Shown here: positions 13,129 through 26,100 of the stretch, piece after piece
How positions within the stretch are numbered: the first letter of the stretch is position 1
Layout of the letters: each line of letters opens with the position of its first letter
NCBI GenBank assembly: GCA_034780895.1
Contig: JAUZTB010000064.1
Span: 110,010,301 to 110,074,300, forward strand
From: Rhynchobatus australiae
Taxonomy: Eukaryota
Length of the DNA stretch: 64,000 nucleotides
Reading direction: 5' to 3'
Position numbers and translations under genes: made by a program
The notes under the pieces: generated by a model
Seen by the model: the letters and a program-made list of their open reading frames with translations, nothing else
What the model was told of the DNA's origin: nothing
The model's database searches: none

Positions 13129-16100
13129 TAAAATATTCCTGATTTTCTAATACTGCAACAGGATTCTGAATGCTCAAGCGAACAAGCAGTGGAAAATCAG
13201 TTTAAGATTTCACATGAATGATAGCACTTCCAATAATGTAATATCCTTTACCTTGTCTCAACAAAATAACACAAGCAATGATCCTATATAGTACTTCAGC
13301 ATTAACAAGGTAAACCTTTAATGCTTTGGTATCACATTGGGCATTGTACCATTTAAACTTAGTGGTCCCATAATTTGATTAAGAAAAAGTGTGCTAATTT
13401 CAGGATTACTTTAAAAAGAAAATGCATACTTTTCTTGTATGTGCTACATTTAATTCTAATTGATATCGAAGAGCTACTTACTGCTACTTTTAAACTGCTA
13501 CTTCTGCAATTCTTGAGTATTTCCTCACCATATTTTAAGTACTTTAAAAACTAAGTGATTTTTTAAAAAAATTAACATTCAAAAGCAGTAATATGATTGA
13601 TGATAGATCTTTCTGTGGTTTGCAGCCCATAAGACTTTAGTACTAACATGGAGCAATGCCAAAAATTTCCCACAGCATTATATTATTAAACAAAAATTTT
13701 ATGCAACCTCCAACCAGAATTATTTTACATTCTTATGGAAGTAATTGTTGAAATGTTACAATCACCACACAACTCAGCCAAATATACTACAATTTAATAT
13801 TTACCAAGAAATTGTGTTTAATTATTACCATCAGAATTTCTGCAATCATGGATGAAAAAGCCAGAGTGTGCCTTTGAAGCTCAAGCCATTTAATCATTCA
13901 TTTAGCACTTTAAGCTCAGCAGAAACAAAGGAATTTATCACCTAAAGTCCACTGCCATCTCCAATTTCACTGTCATTTCATTTTATTTAATGAGCGAAGT
14001 GTTAAGAGAAATGTGTTTCATGCTCAGGTAAGGATTTGCATTAAAAGTGATTTAAGAATAACTCAAAGGGGGAGTGAAGGGAATGCAGGCTTGATACATC
14101 ATAGTTCTGTCTGGACTTCATGTTATTTCACACATACATATACAATAAAATCATGCTAACTTTCATCAGGGAAAGCAAATCACTTAGCAACCCACTAACA
14201 CGGGAATAAAATTATGCCCCAGCATCACTTGATAGTGACATGACTTTTCAAATATATTCTAATTTTCTGTCAGATAGATTAATAAATAATGTCTCTTTAT
14301 GTTAACCAGCCTAAATGCATACTTGATTTTTTATGAAATATTTTGTACAAAAATGAACCGAAAGGAGTAGCAAAGCTCAAAAAAACCCACAAATAGCCTG
14401 AAGCTACAATTCAATTAGATATATGATCACAGAAATGAGTAAAAGGTAAGATGTTAGTTTCTTCCCCCCCCCCCACACACATAACATTCAGAAAACCACC
14501 AAAAGCTAGGGGTGTATAGATATTCTTGAGCGCTTTGATGCAGTACTCAGTGAACATTGTTGTGAATCATTTTGTTATAATATAGCATCGTGTTCCATAC
14601 AGAGGGCCATACTTGTGCACACAGTTCATTAAATCAGCATTTCTCTCCAAAAATCTTCAAATAAACGAGTTAAGTCAAGAAGCAGGTATTCTTTTAACTT
14701 AATGTTTTTTGTTTACACAATATTCACAATCCTTTTTTGTCTCTAGAGAATAAAAGCAATATTCATTTTACATTATTATATTAAAATTTCAAGCCAGATA
14801 TTCATATCAANNNNNNNNNNNNNNNNNNNNNNNNNNNNNNNNNNNNNNNNNNNNNNNNNNNNNNNNNNNNNNNNNNNNNNNNNNNNNNNNNNNNNNNNNN
14901 NNNNNNNNNNNNNNNNNNNNNNNNNNNNNNNNNNNNNNNNNNNNNNNNNNNNNNNNNNTGTTTCAATTTTGCCTGCATTGATTTTTTTTGTAACACCACA
15001 ACCTAAGAGCATTCATCTTTCTGAAGGAAGGAAGATTTGATTTACTGAAGAAAAATTGGAGAGAGCATCACAAAGATTTTGCCAGCAAGTCTGTGACACA
15101 GAAAAAGATGAATGTCCCTAAGGCAGGGATGCCTTTTGCTTAAGGGCATCCATTAGAAAATATTCGTGTATGCTGCAGCAACCAAAGCATGCATTTAAAA
15201 TCAAGCTAGTCTGCTAGCTTAATTAGATAAAGAAAAATGTGTAAATGCTGTTCTGCAATCATATTTTCACAACACTTTGCATTTCAGAGATTCAGAAAAT
15301 ATATTACATGCCTAAGTCATGAGGTAGATGCTGCGTTTTCTGGAGAGCAAAATGCCAGTTTTCTCAATACCTAGAGCAAATTTCCATGGTACATTAGTCA
15401 GCCTATTAGAATGCAATGAAGGACGATATGAGAAAAGGGGAGTATGTCCTTAGAGACTTGCATCCAGCATTCTCCATCATCTCTCTTCATCCTTCGTACA
15501 TTCAGCCACTTTACCAAGTGTCATCAACATGAAAGATGATTTGTCTCCTGACCCAAATAAACACAATGCCTGCTCTGTGCACTGCAAAAAATTACTTCTG
15601 CCACTCCGCTCATTTACAAGCCCCTTTTGCTTTTTATGCCTTTTCTTTAAAGAAGCTTTCTAGTTTCACCTGGGTCTCACCACAGGTGACTGTATTGTAT
15701 GAACAGGTATTTGTTCATCTGCTTAGTCCCTGAAACCTTGTAGCATTTGTGAAAGCAATGACAGATGAGGCTTACAGCAATATTTGCAGAGTATCTTCCC
15801 TTTAGCTATGGCAAGTCTCTGGATATCAGAAATGCATAAAATGTTGCATTTTTTTCACAGTGGCAACTGGCTGAAACTGGATAAAAAGCACAAATTGCAT
15901 TGTGGCAGATCTCTGGGTGTCAAAAAATATTCAGTGCCTGCTGTGTAGAAACAATAATGCCCATCTGTTTCACAGAAAACAATATTTTCATTTTCTGTTT
16001 TATTGAAAGAAAACTTCTGGGAATATGTTGTATAAGGGCCATCAGAGATAGCAAATGCAGCATGTTCTGAAGGTTATGATCAGGAAGGCATGATCCATAA

Positions 16101-16890
16101 AAGTCAAATTTCACTTGTTTAAAAGGTGGAAATTGGATTCTTCTATCCTACCAACAGTTATGATGCTGTACCAGATGTTTCTCAAATGCCACATGCTGGG
16201 GCTTCTACACAGAATGCAGCTTCTGACCTTCTGCATAATTGACGAAAAATATTGATGTAATGACACTAGTCTGATTGTGATTTATTAAATCCACTGGCAA
16301 TCCCAGGCAAACTGCCAGCATCGCAGCCGAGTGATCACATGGCATTAGGAAAGTCATCAATATCAAAGCAAAAATAAATAACATTAATGGGCAAATATTA
16401 GAGATTCAAAACCGAGTTCTGTAGAAGATGAGTTTTGTATGCATGCGCACCACCTGTACAACATGCATTAATTCTGCAAGTTTTTAAATTAAACATACAG
16501 CATAAAATATGCAACATTTGGTTATTGAACAAATGTATATCACATGACAAAAATATAAAACTACAATAGGTTGCAGACTTCAAATAACTATTGTTTCTAA
16601 TTATTCTCAAATATGCCGTTCCTTCTCATTTCAATGGTAATCATAATACAGTCAAGAGCTATTTGTAACTCATCACTCTCTAGTAAACAAACAATATACT
16701 TGGACCTGAATTCACCAAGCACTACTTGAAAAATAAACATTAAGTGCTTAAAGAATAAAACCCCATAAAGGTTCCTATACAGTCAGAATGTGGATGTGAT
16801 CTTTGGAAATGGGTCTGCATAGAATTACCTTTTCATTGGAGGTCTTAACCTTTATTCTGCTCCAGGAAAAGACTTTCTAGGTGGCTCCTT

Positions 16891-17883
16891 ACATAGAACA
16901 TAGAACAGTACAAGCACAGGAACAGGCCCTTTGGCTCACAATGTCTGCGGTGAACATGATGCCAAATTTGAACTAAATCTCTTCTGCCTGTAAATGATCC
17001 AAATCCTCCATTCCCTGCCTATTCATTTGTTTATCTAAAAGCCTCTTAAATGCCACTACTGTATCTGCTTCCACCACTACCCCTGGCAGCCCATTCCAAG
17101 CACCTAACACTCTCTGTGTAAAAAAGACTTGCCCTGCACATCTCGTTTAAACTTTCCCCCCTCACCTTAAATGTATGTCCTCTAGTACTTGACATTTCTA
17201 CCCTGGGAAAAAGATTCTGACCATCTACCCTATCCATGCCACTCATAATTTTATAAACCTCTATCAGGTTACCCTTCAGCCTCCAATGCTCCTCAGAAAA
17301 CAACCCACGTTTGTCCAACCTCTCCTTATAGCTCATACCTTCTAATCCAGGCAGCATTCTGGTAAACCTCTTCTGCACCTTTTCCAAAGCCCTCACATCC
17401 TTTCTGTAATGGGGTGTCCAGAATTGAACATAATAAGCCAAGTGTGGCCTAATCAAAAGTTTTATATAGTTGCAACTTGACTTTGTGACTCTTATACTCT
17501 ATGTCCCTACCAGTGAAGGAAAGCATGCCATATGTCTTCTTTACCACCCCACCTACTTGCGTAGCCAGTTTCAGTGAGCTATTAAATTGGACCCCAGGAT
17601 CCCTCCTTCCATCAATGTTGTTAAAGGTCCTGCCATTAACTGTATACTTTCCACTTATGTTAGACCTTAGTAAGTGCCTGCCATTAACTGTATACTTTCC
17701 ACTTATGTTAGACCTTAGTAAGTGCAACATCTCACACTTGCTCGGTTTAAATTCCATCTGTCATTTCTCCACCCATATCTGTAAATGATCTATATTCTGC
17801 TGTATCCTATGACAGCCCTCTATATTGTCCACAATATATATTGTAATTATTGAGATATATATATATATATCACAAACAAATGG
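16891..17883 (-). mobile_element. 5'-truncated CR1 LINE with 12-bp target-site duplication
   Basis: ORFs 17046-17456 (RPHLAYYVQFWTPHYRKDVRALEKVQKRFTRMLPGL) and 17449-17757; tail (ttctatg)2 at about 16892-16906; aggtggctcctt at both 16879-16890 and 17884-17895. Confidence 0.9.
17629..17724. repeat. Perfect 48-bp tandem duplication within the CR1
   Basis: cctgccattaactgtatactttccacttatgttagaccttagtaagtg occurs twice; HLLRSNISGKYTVNGR is repeated in ORF 17449-17757. Confidence 0.95.
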
Positions 17884-18954
17884 AGGTGGCTCCTTCTCAG
17901 CTGTTAATCAAGTGCTATATGATTGAGATAGGCATAGTTTGTTCAATTGATATTTGATGGTCAACAATGCCTTACACAGATGGACCTTGAAATACCTTAG
18001 TTAATCTATTACAATAGGCATTTTAAATACATAATTGATGTGCTTTCAATTCAAAAGCAAAAATTCTTCAATCAAAAAGTACCCATGAGCAGTAAAATAT
18101 TTGAAGATACTACTGCTATATGGTCCCCAAATTGTCTAAAACCATTGCAAATTATCAAAATCTGCTTCTTAGAAAAAAACACATTTTATATCTTGTAATC
18201 AAAAGTAAGCTCGAGCTAATCTTTGTTAGAAGTAAAAGGAGTCACAGCTGCACAATATGGAGCAATTAAGCTCACTACACATGCATCAAGATATCAATGC
18301 AAAACAAAGCATTAATGCAGTGTTTTACTAGCTGTTGCTGGACTTACATTTCAGAGGACTAGGGTAATTACCTAGTAAATGTAAATACAAATTCTACCAA
18401 CCTTTTGAGAATCTGATTTCATAAACATCCAGCTGTTGCTTTAGGATAGAAACCTGCCAATCTGACTCCAGGCTTAAAGCAGAATGTGGGAGAGCAGCTA
18501 AGATTAGGTTGAGATGAGATGAGACAAGGATTTTTGAACTTGCAAAATAAGATAATGTTGAAAAGTAATTTGCAGTAGCATAAGCTCCACTAAGGAATAT
18601 CACTGCTTGTCATGGTTAAATTGAAGTGGAATAAATGGAAGAAGAGGGTTTTCTTCCTGTGGAATATGCTGTAAGCAACACAATATTATGTGGCACTTGC
18701 CAATGACTTTGCAACAACGAATATGAGAGCCACAATGTCGAAGTATAGGATAATTTTATCAAGACAATGAAATGGTAAAAACTAATTCAGCAATGTAAAC
18801 AAAAATTAAACATTGTGGAAAAGTACACATAGTTAAAGGAAAATTCGTCTGAAGGTCAGCTGTGAAAGCCAAAGTACAGCGGCCTAACAATGGTCATAGA
18901 AAAAAGTCATGGCCTTCTCCCATTATGAGGGAACTTTACTTGAGGATGTAAGAA

Positions 18955-20610
18955 AAAGGAAGATTCAGCCATACACCTCCTCAAGCTTGCTCTGTTATTC
19001 ATTTAGAACTTAAGTTTCATTTTCCTGCCCAATTCCTTAAAGTCTAAAAATATATTGTAGCCTTGAATATNNNNNNNNNNNNNNNNNNNNNNNNNNNNNN
19101 NNNNNNNNNNNNNNNNNNNNNNNNNNNNNNNNNNNNNNNNNNNNNNNNNNNNNNNNNNNNNNNNNNNNNNNNNNNNNNNCCTTTAAAGAGAAGAAAATGC
19201 CATCAGAGGAAACATCCTCTCTGCCTCTATTCTGTCAAGCTTCCTCAGAATCCTATATATTTCAAATGGATCCCTCGCATTCTTCAGAACTCCAGACACA
19301 ATCTGTTTAATCTTTCCTAAGACAGTCCATCCATATCTGGAATCAATCCAATGAACCTCATCTACATTGACTACATTGGAGACAAAACTGTATGCCCCAG
19401 TGCAGGTGTGGTTTCACCAAAGACTTTCACTGTTGTGACAAAACTTCTTCACTTTTGTACTCCACCCTCCTGCTAACATCCTATTTGCTTTCCTACATAT
19501 TTGTTGTAATCTCACATTAGCTATATTTCTTGTACAAGGAAACCAAGATTGCTGAATACCAGTTTCAATGGAATTTAAATTGTATGCTATTTTACAATCA
19601 TTCCTTTCAGAGAGAATACTCACATTTCCCCACATTAAACTCCTTATTCCATAGTTTTGCCCAATCACTCAACCTGTTCATATCCCTTTGCAGACTTGTT
19701 TCTTCTCACAACTTAATTTTTCACTTGTTTGTCATTAGCTAACCTCAAGATTATACACCTGTATATCTCTGTATCTAAATCATGAATATAGATTACATTG
19801 TCAAAGGCCAGCACTCATTTCTGTGGCTCTTCACTGGTTACAGTTTGCCTTTCTGAAAAAGATTAGTTTTGCTCCTCTCTCTGCTTTCTGTCAGATAATC
19901 TGTCCTATTTTCATGCTAATATACTATCCTCAATATCACGAGCCCTTATCTTGTATAGTAACTTTATATGTGAGACCTATCAAATCTGTTTTGAAAATCC
20001 AAATCCACTGATTACCCAACAGCTCCTAATTCCCATTGTGTAGAAAATTCTAAAGATTAATAACCTATTAAGATAAGAATTGCTCCTCAGAGTCTTAAAT
20101 GGTCAACTTAATCAGATGTATGCTCCCCTTGATCTAGATTCTGCCATAAGAGGAAACATCCTCTGAACATCTATCATGTCAAGCCACCCCAGAATCTTAA
20201 ACTACATTGACTAGTCACTGTGTGATCAAAGTATGCTATTATACTTCTTTAATAATGGATTCCAGCATTTTCCCAATGATAGATGTTAGGCTAACTGGGC
20301 TATAGTTCCCCAATATCTCTTTTCCATTTTTTTCCTGAATAGCAGTGCTACCTTTGTGGTTTTCAAATCCCCTGGTAACAATTCAGATTCCAGGCAGATT
20401 TGGAAGATCACAACCAATGCATCCACCATCTCTACAGCCTCTTCCTTTATGATGCAGGCCATCAGGATCAGGCGAATTATCAGTCTTTTGTCCCATTGGT
20501 TTGCCTCATACATTTTGTCCAGTAATAGCGATTGCATTGTTCCACTTTCTCCTTTGCCCCTAATTCCAATTATTTTTGGTACATCTACTGTGAAGACAGA
20601 TACAAAATGT
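18955..20610 (-). mobile_element. Decayed CR1 LINE fragments
   Basis: ORF 20286-20537 (KEEAVEMVDALVVIFQICLESELLPGDLKTTKVALLFRKK); ORF 19414-19668 (QQICRKANRMLA); 3'-end-like sequence near 18960-19330. Confidence 0.7.
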
Positions 20611-21339
20611 CCAGTTAAATATTTTAGTCTGATGAACTCCAGGCTCGGCTAGGAGACAAAAAATGTTCAGCGGATTTGGAGGAATGTGGTCCTTAAACAA
20701 TTAAGGAATATCCTTTTACTATATTAGTACTAACTTTACTCTTCAAGAATTTCTAAACCACAAATGAAAAACTGAAAATTTTGTATACTTCAGTAACTTT
20801 TGTTTCATTGTAGAACTAATGGAATATTAGATAAAGCTTCATCTTAAGTCCTGATAAGTTCATACCCTAAAACACTCACATTCTAAATACTCTTATTATT
20901 TCTCATATACGAAAGAACACCAGATATGAGTTTTCATGAAAAAATAAACTGAAACACAAAATCCGATTCTAAACCAATAAAAATCATAAAATCCATTGTA
21001 ATAAAAAGGAATTTCATCTTATTCTGTCACTTTGTGGAGATGGTCTTGGACACAGGGCTTTATTCAGAGCAGCTGTGTGGCATTTTTTGTGTTATCAGCT
21101 GTTTTTTGTGGCTGTGTCAGCTATTTTAAAACTATACTCAGCTTTTCTAAGTTTTATAGTTTGGTGCATATAAAACTATTGAACTAGTAAAATATCAGAC
21201 CAATAATTCTGTAAGATTTTAATGACCAATTATTTTCACTTCACGCTTTCTGAAAATTGCAAGTGATTGGAAGGAGCTGGGTGCTACCACTCAGTACACT
21301 CAAGTGACTGGGGAATCCTTGCAAGATGTAGACTGCAAC

Positions 21340-22900
21340 AAGCTCAACATGTGGATTGAAGGGTAGCAAATGTGACTCCACTGTTTAAGAAAGGAACGAG
21401 AAAAGACAGGCTAATTGGGATTCGTTAGTTTAATATCAGTGGTTGGGAAATGTTGGAATCTGTAATTAAAGATGTAATAACAGGATATCTTGAAAAAAAT
21501 AATAGGAAAGAACAGAACAGTTATGAAAGAAAAATAATGTTTGACTAATGTAGTGGAATTCTTTGAAGATGTCACTAGAATAGTTAAGCCAAACAAGTGC
21601 ATGTGCAGCATTTGGATTTTCAGAAGATTTTCATTAGTCCTTATGTTACGGACTAGGACTATTAGTGAGTGTCCCTTTTAGATTGTTTGTGTGTGTGTGT
21701 GTGTTTGTGGGACATGCTTACGTCAACAGAAGATAAAGAACATCATGACGTTGTTGTTTGAACAACCAGTCGGAGTCAGTCTGAAGAAGANNNNNNNNNN
21801 NNNNNNNNNNNNNNNNNNNNNNNNNNNNNNNNNNNNNNNNNNNNNNNNNNNNNNNNNNNNNNNNNNNNNNNNNNNNNNNNNNNNNNNNNNGTAGTTATTA
21901 ATAAAGTAGTTTTTAACACTTATACATGTCTCGGTGTGTTTCTTTTGTTGCTGGTTCGTAACACTTAACAAAGTTAGAACACATGGAATCGGGAGTAACG
22001 TACTGACATGGATATAGAATTGCTTATTAGGTGGAAAGCAAAAACTGGAAATACATAGATCTTTCTCAGGTTGCTAGGTTTTTACTCATCTGTAGAGATC
22101 AGTGCTTAGGCCCCAGTTATTCACATCCTATGCCAACGATTTTGCTGGGGGGAGGATCTCATATTTCCTAGTTCATTGACAATAAAAACTAGGCGGGATC
22201 GTGCATTCAGAGAGGAATATAAAATGGCTTTGGTGGGATGTGGGCAAGTTGAGTAAGCGGATGAAAACATGGCAGATGGAATATAATGCTGAAAAATGCA
22301 AATTGATCCATTTTGGTGAATACAACAGAAAAGCTGACACATTGTTAAGTGGTGAGAGATTTGGAGTGTTGGTGCTCAAGAGAACTTAGGTGTTCTTGTA
22401 AGTAAGTTACTGAATGTCAACATGCAAGGCAATTAGGAGGGCAAGTGGCATGTTAGATTTTATAATGGAGCCTTATTGCGACTGTATTGTGCCTTGGTGA
22501 CACTTACCAGACCACTGTGTACAATTTTGGTCTCCTTTGTCCTGGCAGAGAGGGAATTCAAAAAGGATTCACCAGACATCAGGACTAACAGAAGAAATTG
22601 AGTGGACTGGGACTGTATTGACATCAAAGCTCACAAATATGTTAAAGGGCTTGACAAGCTATATGCAGGGAGGATACTTCCCTTGATCAAGTTGTCTAGG
22701 ATCAGGGGAGTACAGTTTAAGCATAAGGTGTAGGCCATTACAGCCTGAGATGAGAAAACCACTTCACTGAGAGATTGGTGAACCTTTGGAGTTATCTGCC
22801 CAAGGGCTATGGAAGCCCAGTTTTTTGTTCATTTGTAACAAAGATGGTCTCACTATCCAGAAATCTACCAATTAACAGATATGACATCTCTGCTCAAAAA
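21340..22900 (+). mobile_element. Decayed CR1 LINE interrupted by an LTR element
   Basis: ANVTPLFKKG-like at about 21366-21395; CLTNVVEFFEDVT; WQMEYNAEKCKLIHFG (ORF 22201-22389); VNLWSYLP near the 3' end. Confidence 0.8.
21644..21963 (+). mobile_element. LTR-type element (solo LTR or collapsed provirus, Gypsy-like 4-bp TSD)
   Basis: Starts TGTTACG (21644), ends CGTAACA (21963); flanked by ctta at 21640-21643 and 21964-21967; AATAAA at 21900-21905 followed by a GT-rich tract; internal 100-N gap. Confidence 0.8.
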
Positions 22901-23720
22901 TGGTGCTCAAGACTTCTCAGCCATTTCATAAGATCATGGCTAATTTATAATCTCAACTTCACNNNNTGAATTATTATTTCAACGCCTTGCTTATTAAAAA
23001 TATTAATTATATTTTTATTAATAATCTGTTTCCAACCACCCTTTGAATAAGTGTTACAAAAAGTCATGACCCTCTAAGAGACAAAAAGTTGCTCAATTAT
23101 GTCTTCAATGGGCATCTGCTTATTTTTAAATAGTGACACCTTTTTCTAGATTCTCCCACAATAGGAGACACCTTCTCCATGTCCACCCTGTTAATACCCC
23201 TCAGGATCTTATATATTTCAATCAAGGCCCCTCTGAGTCTACATTCCAGTGTATACATGCATAACTGTCCTGCCTTTCCTCAACAGATTGTCCACCTTTT
23301 CCAGGCATGTCTATTTAGCCTTCTCTGAACTGCTTCTTTCTGCATTTACATCTTTCCTTAAATAAACAGACTAATACAGATGTGGTTTCACCAATGCCCT
23401 ACATAACTGAAGCATAATCTCCCTACTTTTGTATTCAGTTTCCCTGGCAATAACTGATGACATACTGTTGGCTTTCCTAATTCCTTGTTGTATCTGAACA
23501 CTAGCCATTTGCAAGTCATACACTAGGACACCCAGATCCCTTTGCATTTCTGAGCTCTGCAAACTCTCCTTCCCAAAATGTATAATCTTACATTTCCCCA
23601 CTTTATATTCTGTTTTTCAGACCCCTGCCCACTCACTTAAACTACACATACCACTTTGTAGGTTCCTAACATCCTCTTCACTGCTTCTCTTGCCTCTCTA
23701 TTTTGGTGTCACCAGCTGTA
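22900..23720 (-). mobile_element. Decayed CR1 LINE 3' portion
   Basis: ORF 23371-23601 (KCKIIHFGKE...QRDLGVLV...IRKANSM...EYKSREIMLQLCRALVKPHL). Confidence 0.8.
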
Positions 23721-23924
23721 GGATTTCATTTACTGTTGTGGGTTCTACATTGCAATAGATACCAGCTCACTGACTGAAGTCTGTATCATGTCCTGAGGGC
23801 AGGGAAAGCATGATATAAAGTCACAGTAGTAGTACCATCCATGGGGAGGGGTCAATTGGGACATGGATAGAGCACTGGTGGGAAGGAGGAGGTTCAAGGG
23901 CCAGTCTGTACATTGGCTGGGCTG

Positions 23925-24398
23925 GCTGGAAAGAGTGCATAGAAGATTTATGAAAATGTTGTCAAAAGTTAAGGGCCTGAGTATAGGGAGAGGTTGGGCA
24001 GGCTAAGACTTTATTCCTTGGAGTGCAGGAGACTGAGGGGTGACGTTATAGAGGTGCATAAAATCTTGAGGGTCATAGGTAAGGTGAATGCACAAAGCAT
24101 TTTTCCCCAGGAAAAGGAAATCAAAAACTAGAAGGCACAAGCTTAAGGTGAGAGGGGAAAGATTTAAAAGGGATCTGAGGAGCAACTTCTTCACATAGAG
24201 GGTGGTGCACATATGGAACAAGCTGGCAGTGGAAGTGGTTGAGACGGGTACATTAACAATGCTTAAAGGCACTTGAACAGGTATATGGATAGGAAAGATC
24301 TGGAGGGATATGGGGCAAACACAGGCAAATGATGGGCCCCTTGGTTGGCATGCACGAGTTAGGCCAAAGGGCCTGTTTCCATGCTATATTACTCTTAT
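23925..24398 (+). mobile_element. CR1 LINE 3' end
   Basis: LERVHRRFMKML...RRLRGDVIEVHKIL...RGHKLKVRGERF...NFFT*RVVHIWNKL; tail aggccaaagggcctgtttccatgct. Confidence 0.85.
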
Positions 24399-24619
24399 GT
24401 ATTTACATCAGCAGTTTCTGACACTTCTCATTGTTTTAACCTGGAGATTACCTTCACTGAAGGAAGTCCCAGCCAGACATCGTTCCCCACTACCCTCATC
24501 TGCATAGATGAATTCCAAATAAAAGGGAGCAGAATCCATAAAGGTCCTAGGCCTGCCACTTGTGGCATATTTTCAAAAAGGCTGAGTGAAATTTTTCTAG
24601 ACTTGGTCAGGTCCACTAG

Positions 24620-26100
24620 ACTTTTTATCATTCTTGATTGTATCAGTGTCATTTCCCGCTCTCACTCCAAACTAGAATTTGTCAATTTTGCTTTCAATTT
24701 CTTAGCCTTGCTTATCTTCACAAGGAACTTCTCCAACACTTACTCTCCTTGACTTCCTCTATTTCCATGTCTGGGACTAGACCAATGATTGAAAGCCCAC
24801 TGGCTCCTATAACTACCATGAATACTTCCCATTTCTTGTAAGGACTCTATTCCATTCTCCTGGTTTCTCCAAACACAGTGCATCAATTCTGACTCTGCAA
24901 ACTTCCATATCAATGTTCCAGATGAATCTTACTACACCATGCTGACAGGGCACTCAAATGTGTGCATCTCATTTCCTGAAATTATCTCACGCCTTATATT
25001 CATTTCCTTACAAGGTTCTCCTCAGCCTCATCTTCTACCACACTAACTATATTCAATGGACCATTTTTCCCCATGATGCTACTACCAAACACTTCCATCT
25101 TCTCCCCTTTCAGCATTCTGAAGTGAAGTCAGAAACTTCGTCCATTCCACAATTATTCCCAATACCTAACCCCCATCCCACAGTACCCATCTGTGCATAC
25201 TCAAGAGATGCAACACCTCCATTTTTACTGTACTCCTTCCCCACTGCTCGGGGAGGGGGGGGCGGGGTTCAGAGCAATGANNNNNNNNNNNNNNNNNNNN
25301 NNNNNNNNNNNNNNNNNNNNNNNNNNNNNNNNNNNNNNNNNNNNNNNNNNNNNNNNNNNNNNNNNNNNNNNNNNNNNNNNNNNNNNNNNNNNNNNNNNNN
25401 NNNNNNNNNNNNNNNNNNNNNNNNNNNNNNNNNNNNNNNNNNNNNNNNNNNNNNNNNNNNNNNNNNNNNNNNNNNNNNNNNNNNNNNNNNNNNNNNNNNN
25501 NNNNNNNNNNNNNNNNNNNNNNNNNNNNNNNNNNNNNNNNNNNNNNNNNNNNNNNNNNNNNNNNNNNNNNNNNNNNNNNNNNNNNNNNNNNNNNNNNNNN
25601 NNNNNNNNNNNNNNNNNNNNNNNNNNNNNNNNNNNNNNNNNNNNNNNNNNNNNNNNNNNNNNNNNNNNNNNNNNNNNNNNNNNNNNNNNNNNNNNNNNNN
25701 NNNNNNNNNNNNNNNNNNNNNNNNNNNNNNNNNNNNNNNNNNNNNNNNNNNNNNNNNNNNNNNNNNNNNNNNNNNNNNNNNNNNNNNNNNNNNNNNNNNN
25801 NNNNNNNNNNNNNNNNNNNNNNNNNNNNNNNNNNNNNNNNNNNNNNNNNNNNNNNNNNNNNNNNNNNNNNNNNNNNNNNNNNNNNNNNNNNNNNNNNNNN
25901 NNNNNNNNNNNNNNNTTCAGTCCCTCCTACCTGTCGCTTCTTTATAAATATCTTGGTCCCAACTCTTTTTCCTGACACTCCATTTGTTAAAATCTCTACA
26001 TCTCTATCATTTTGCCAGTTCTGATGAGGTCATTGACCATAAATGGTGTTTTTCTCTCTCCACAAATGTTACCTGGCATGATTATTTATTGTTTATATTT
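24620..26100 (+). mobile_element. Decayed Penelope-like element (RT C-terminal region, gap, terminal repeat)
   Basis: LFIILDCISVISRSHSKLEFVNFAFNF resembles the PLE RT motif FxRYIDDCIG...LENFINFASNF; downstream KPTxS...CKDSIPFS-like remnants; ends in the terminal repeat with CTGATGA at 26021. Confidence 0.65.
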
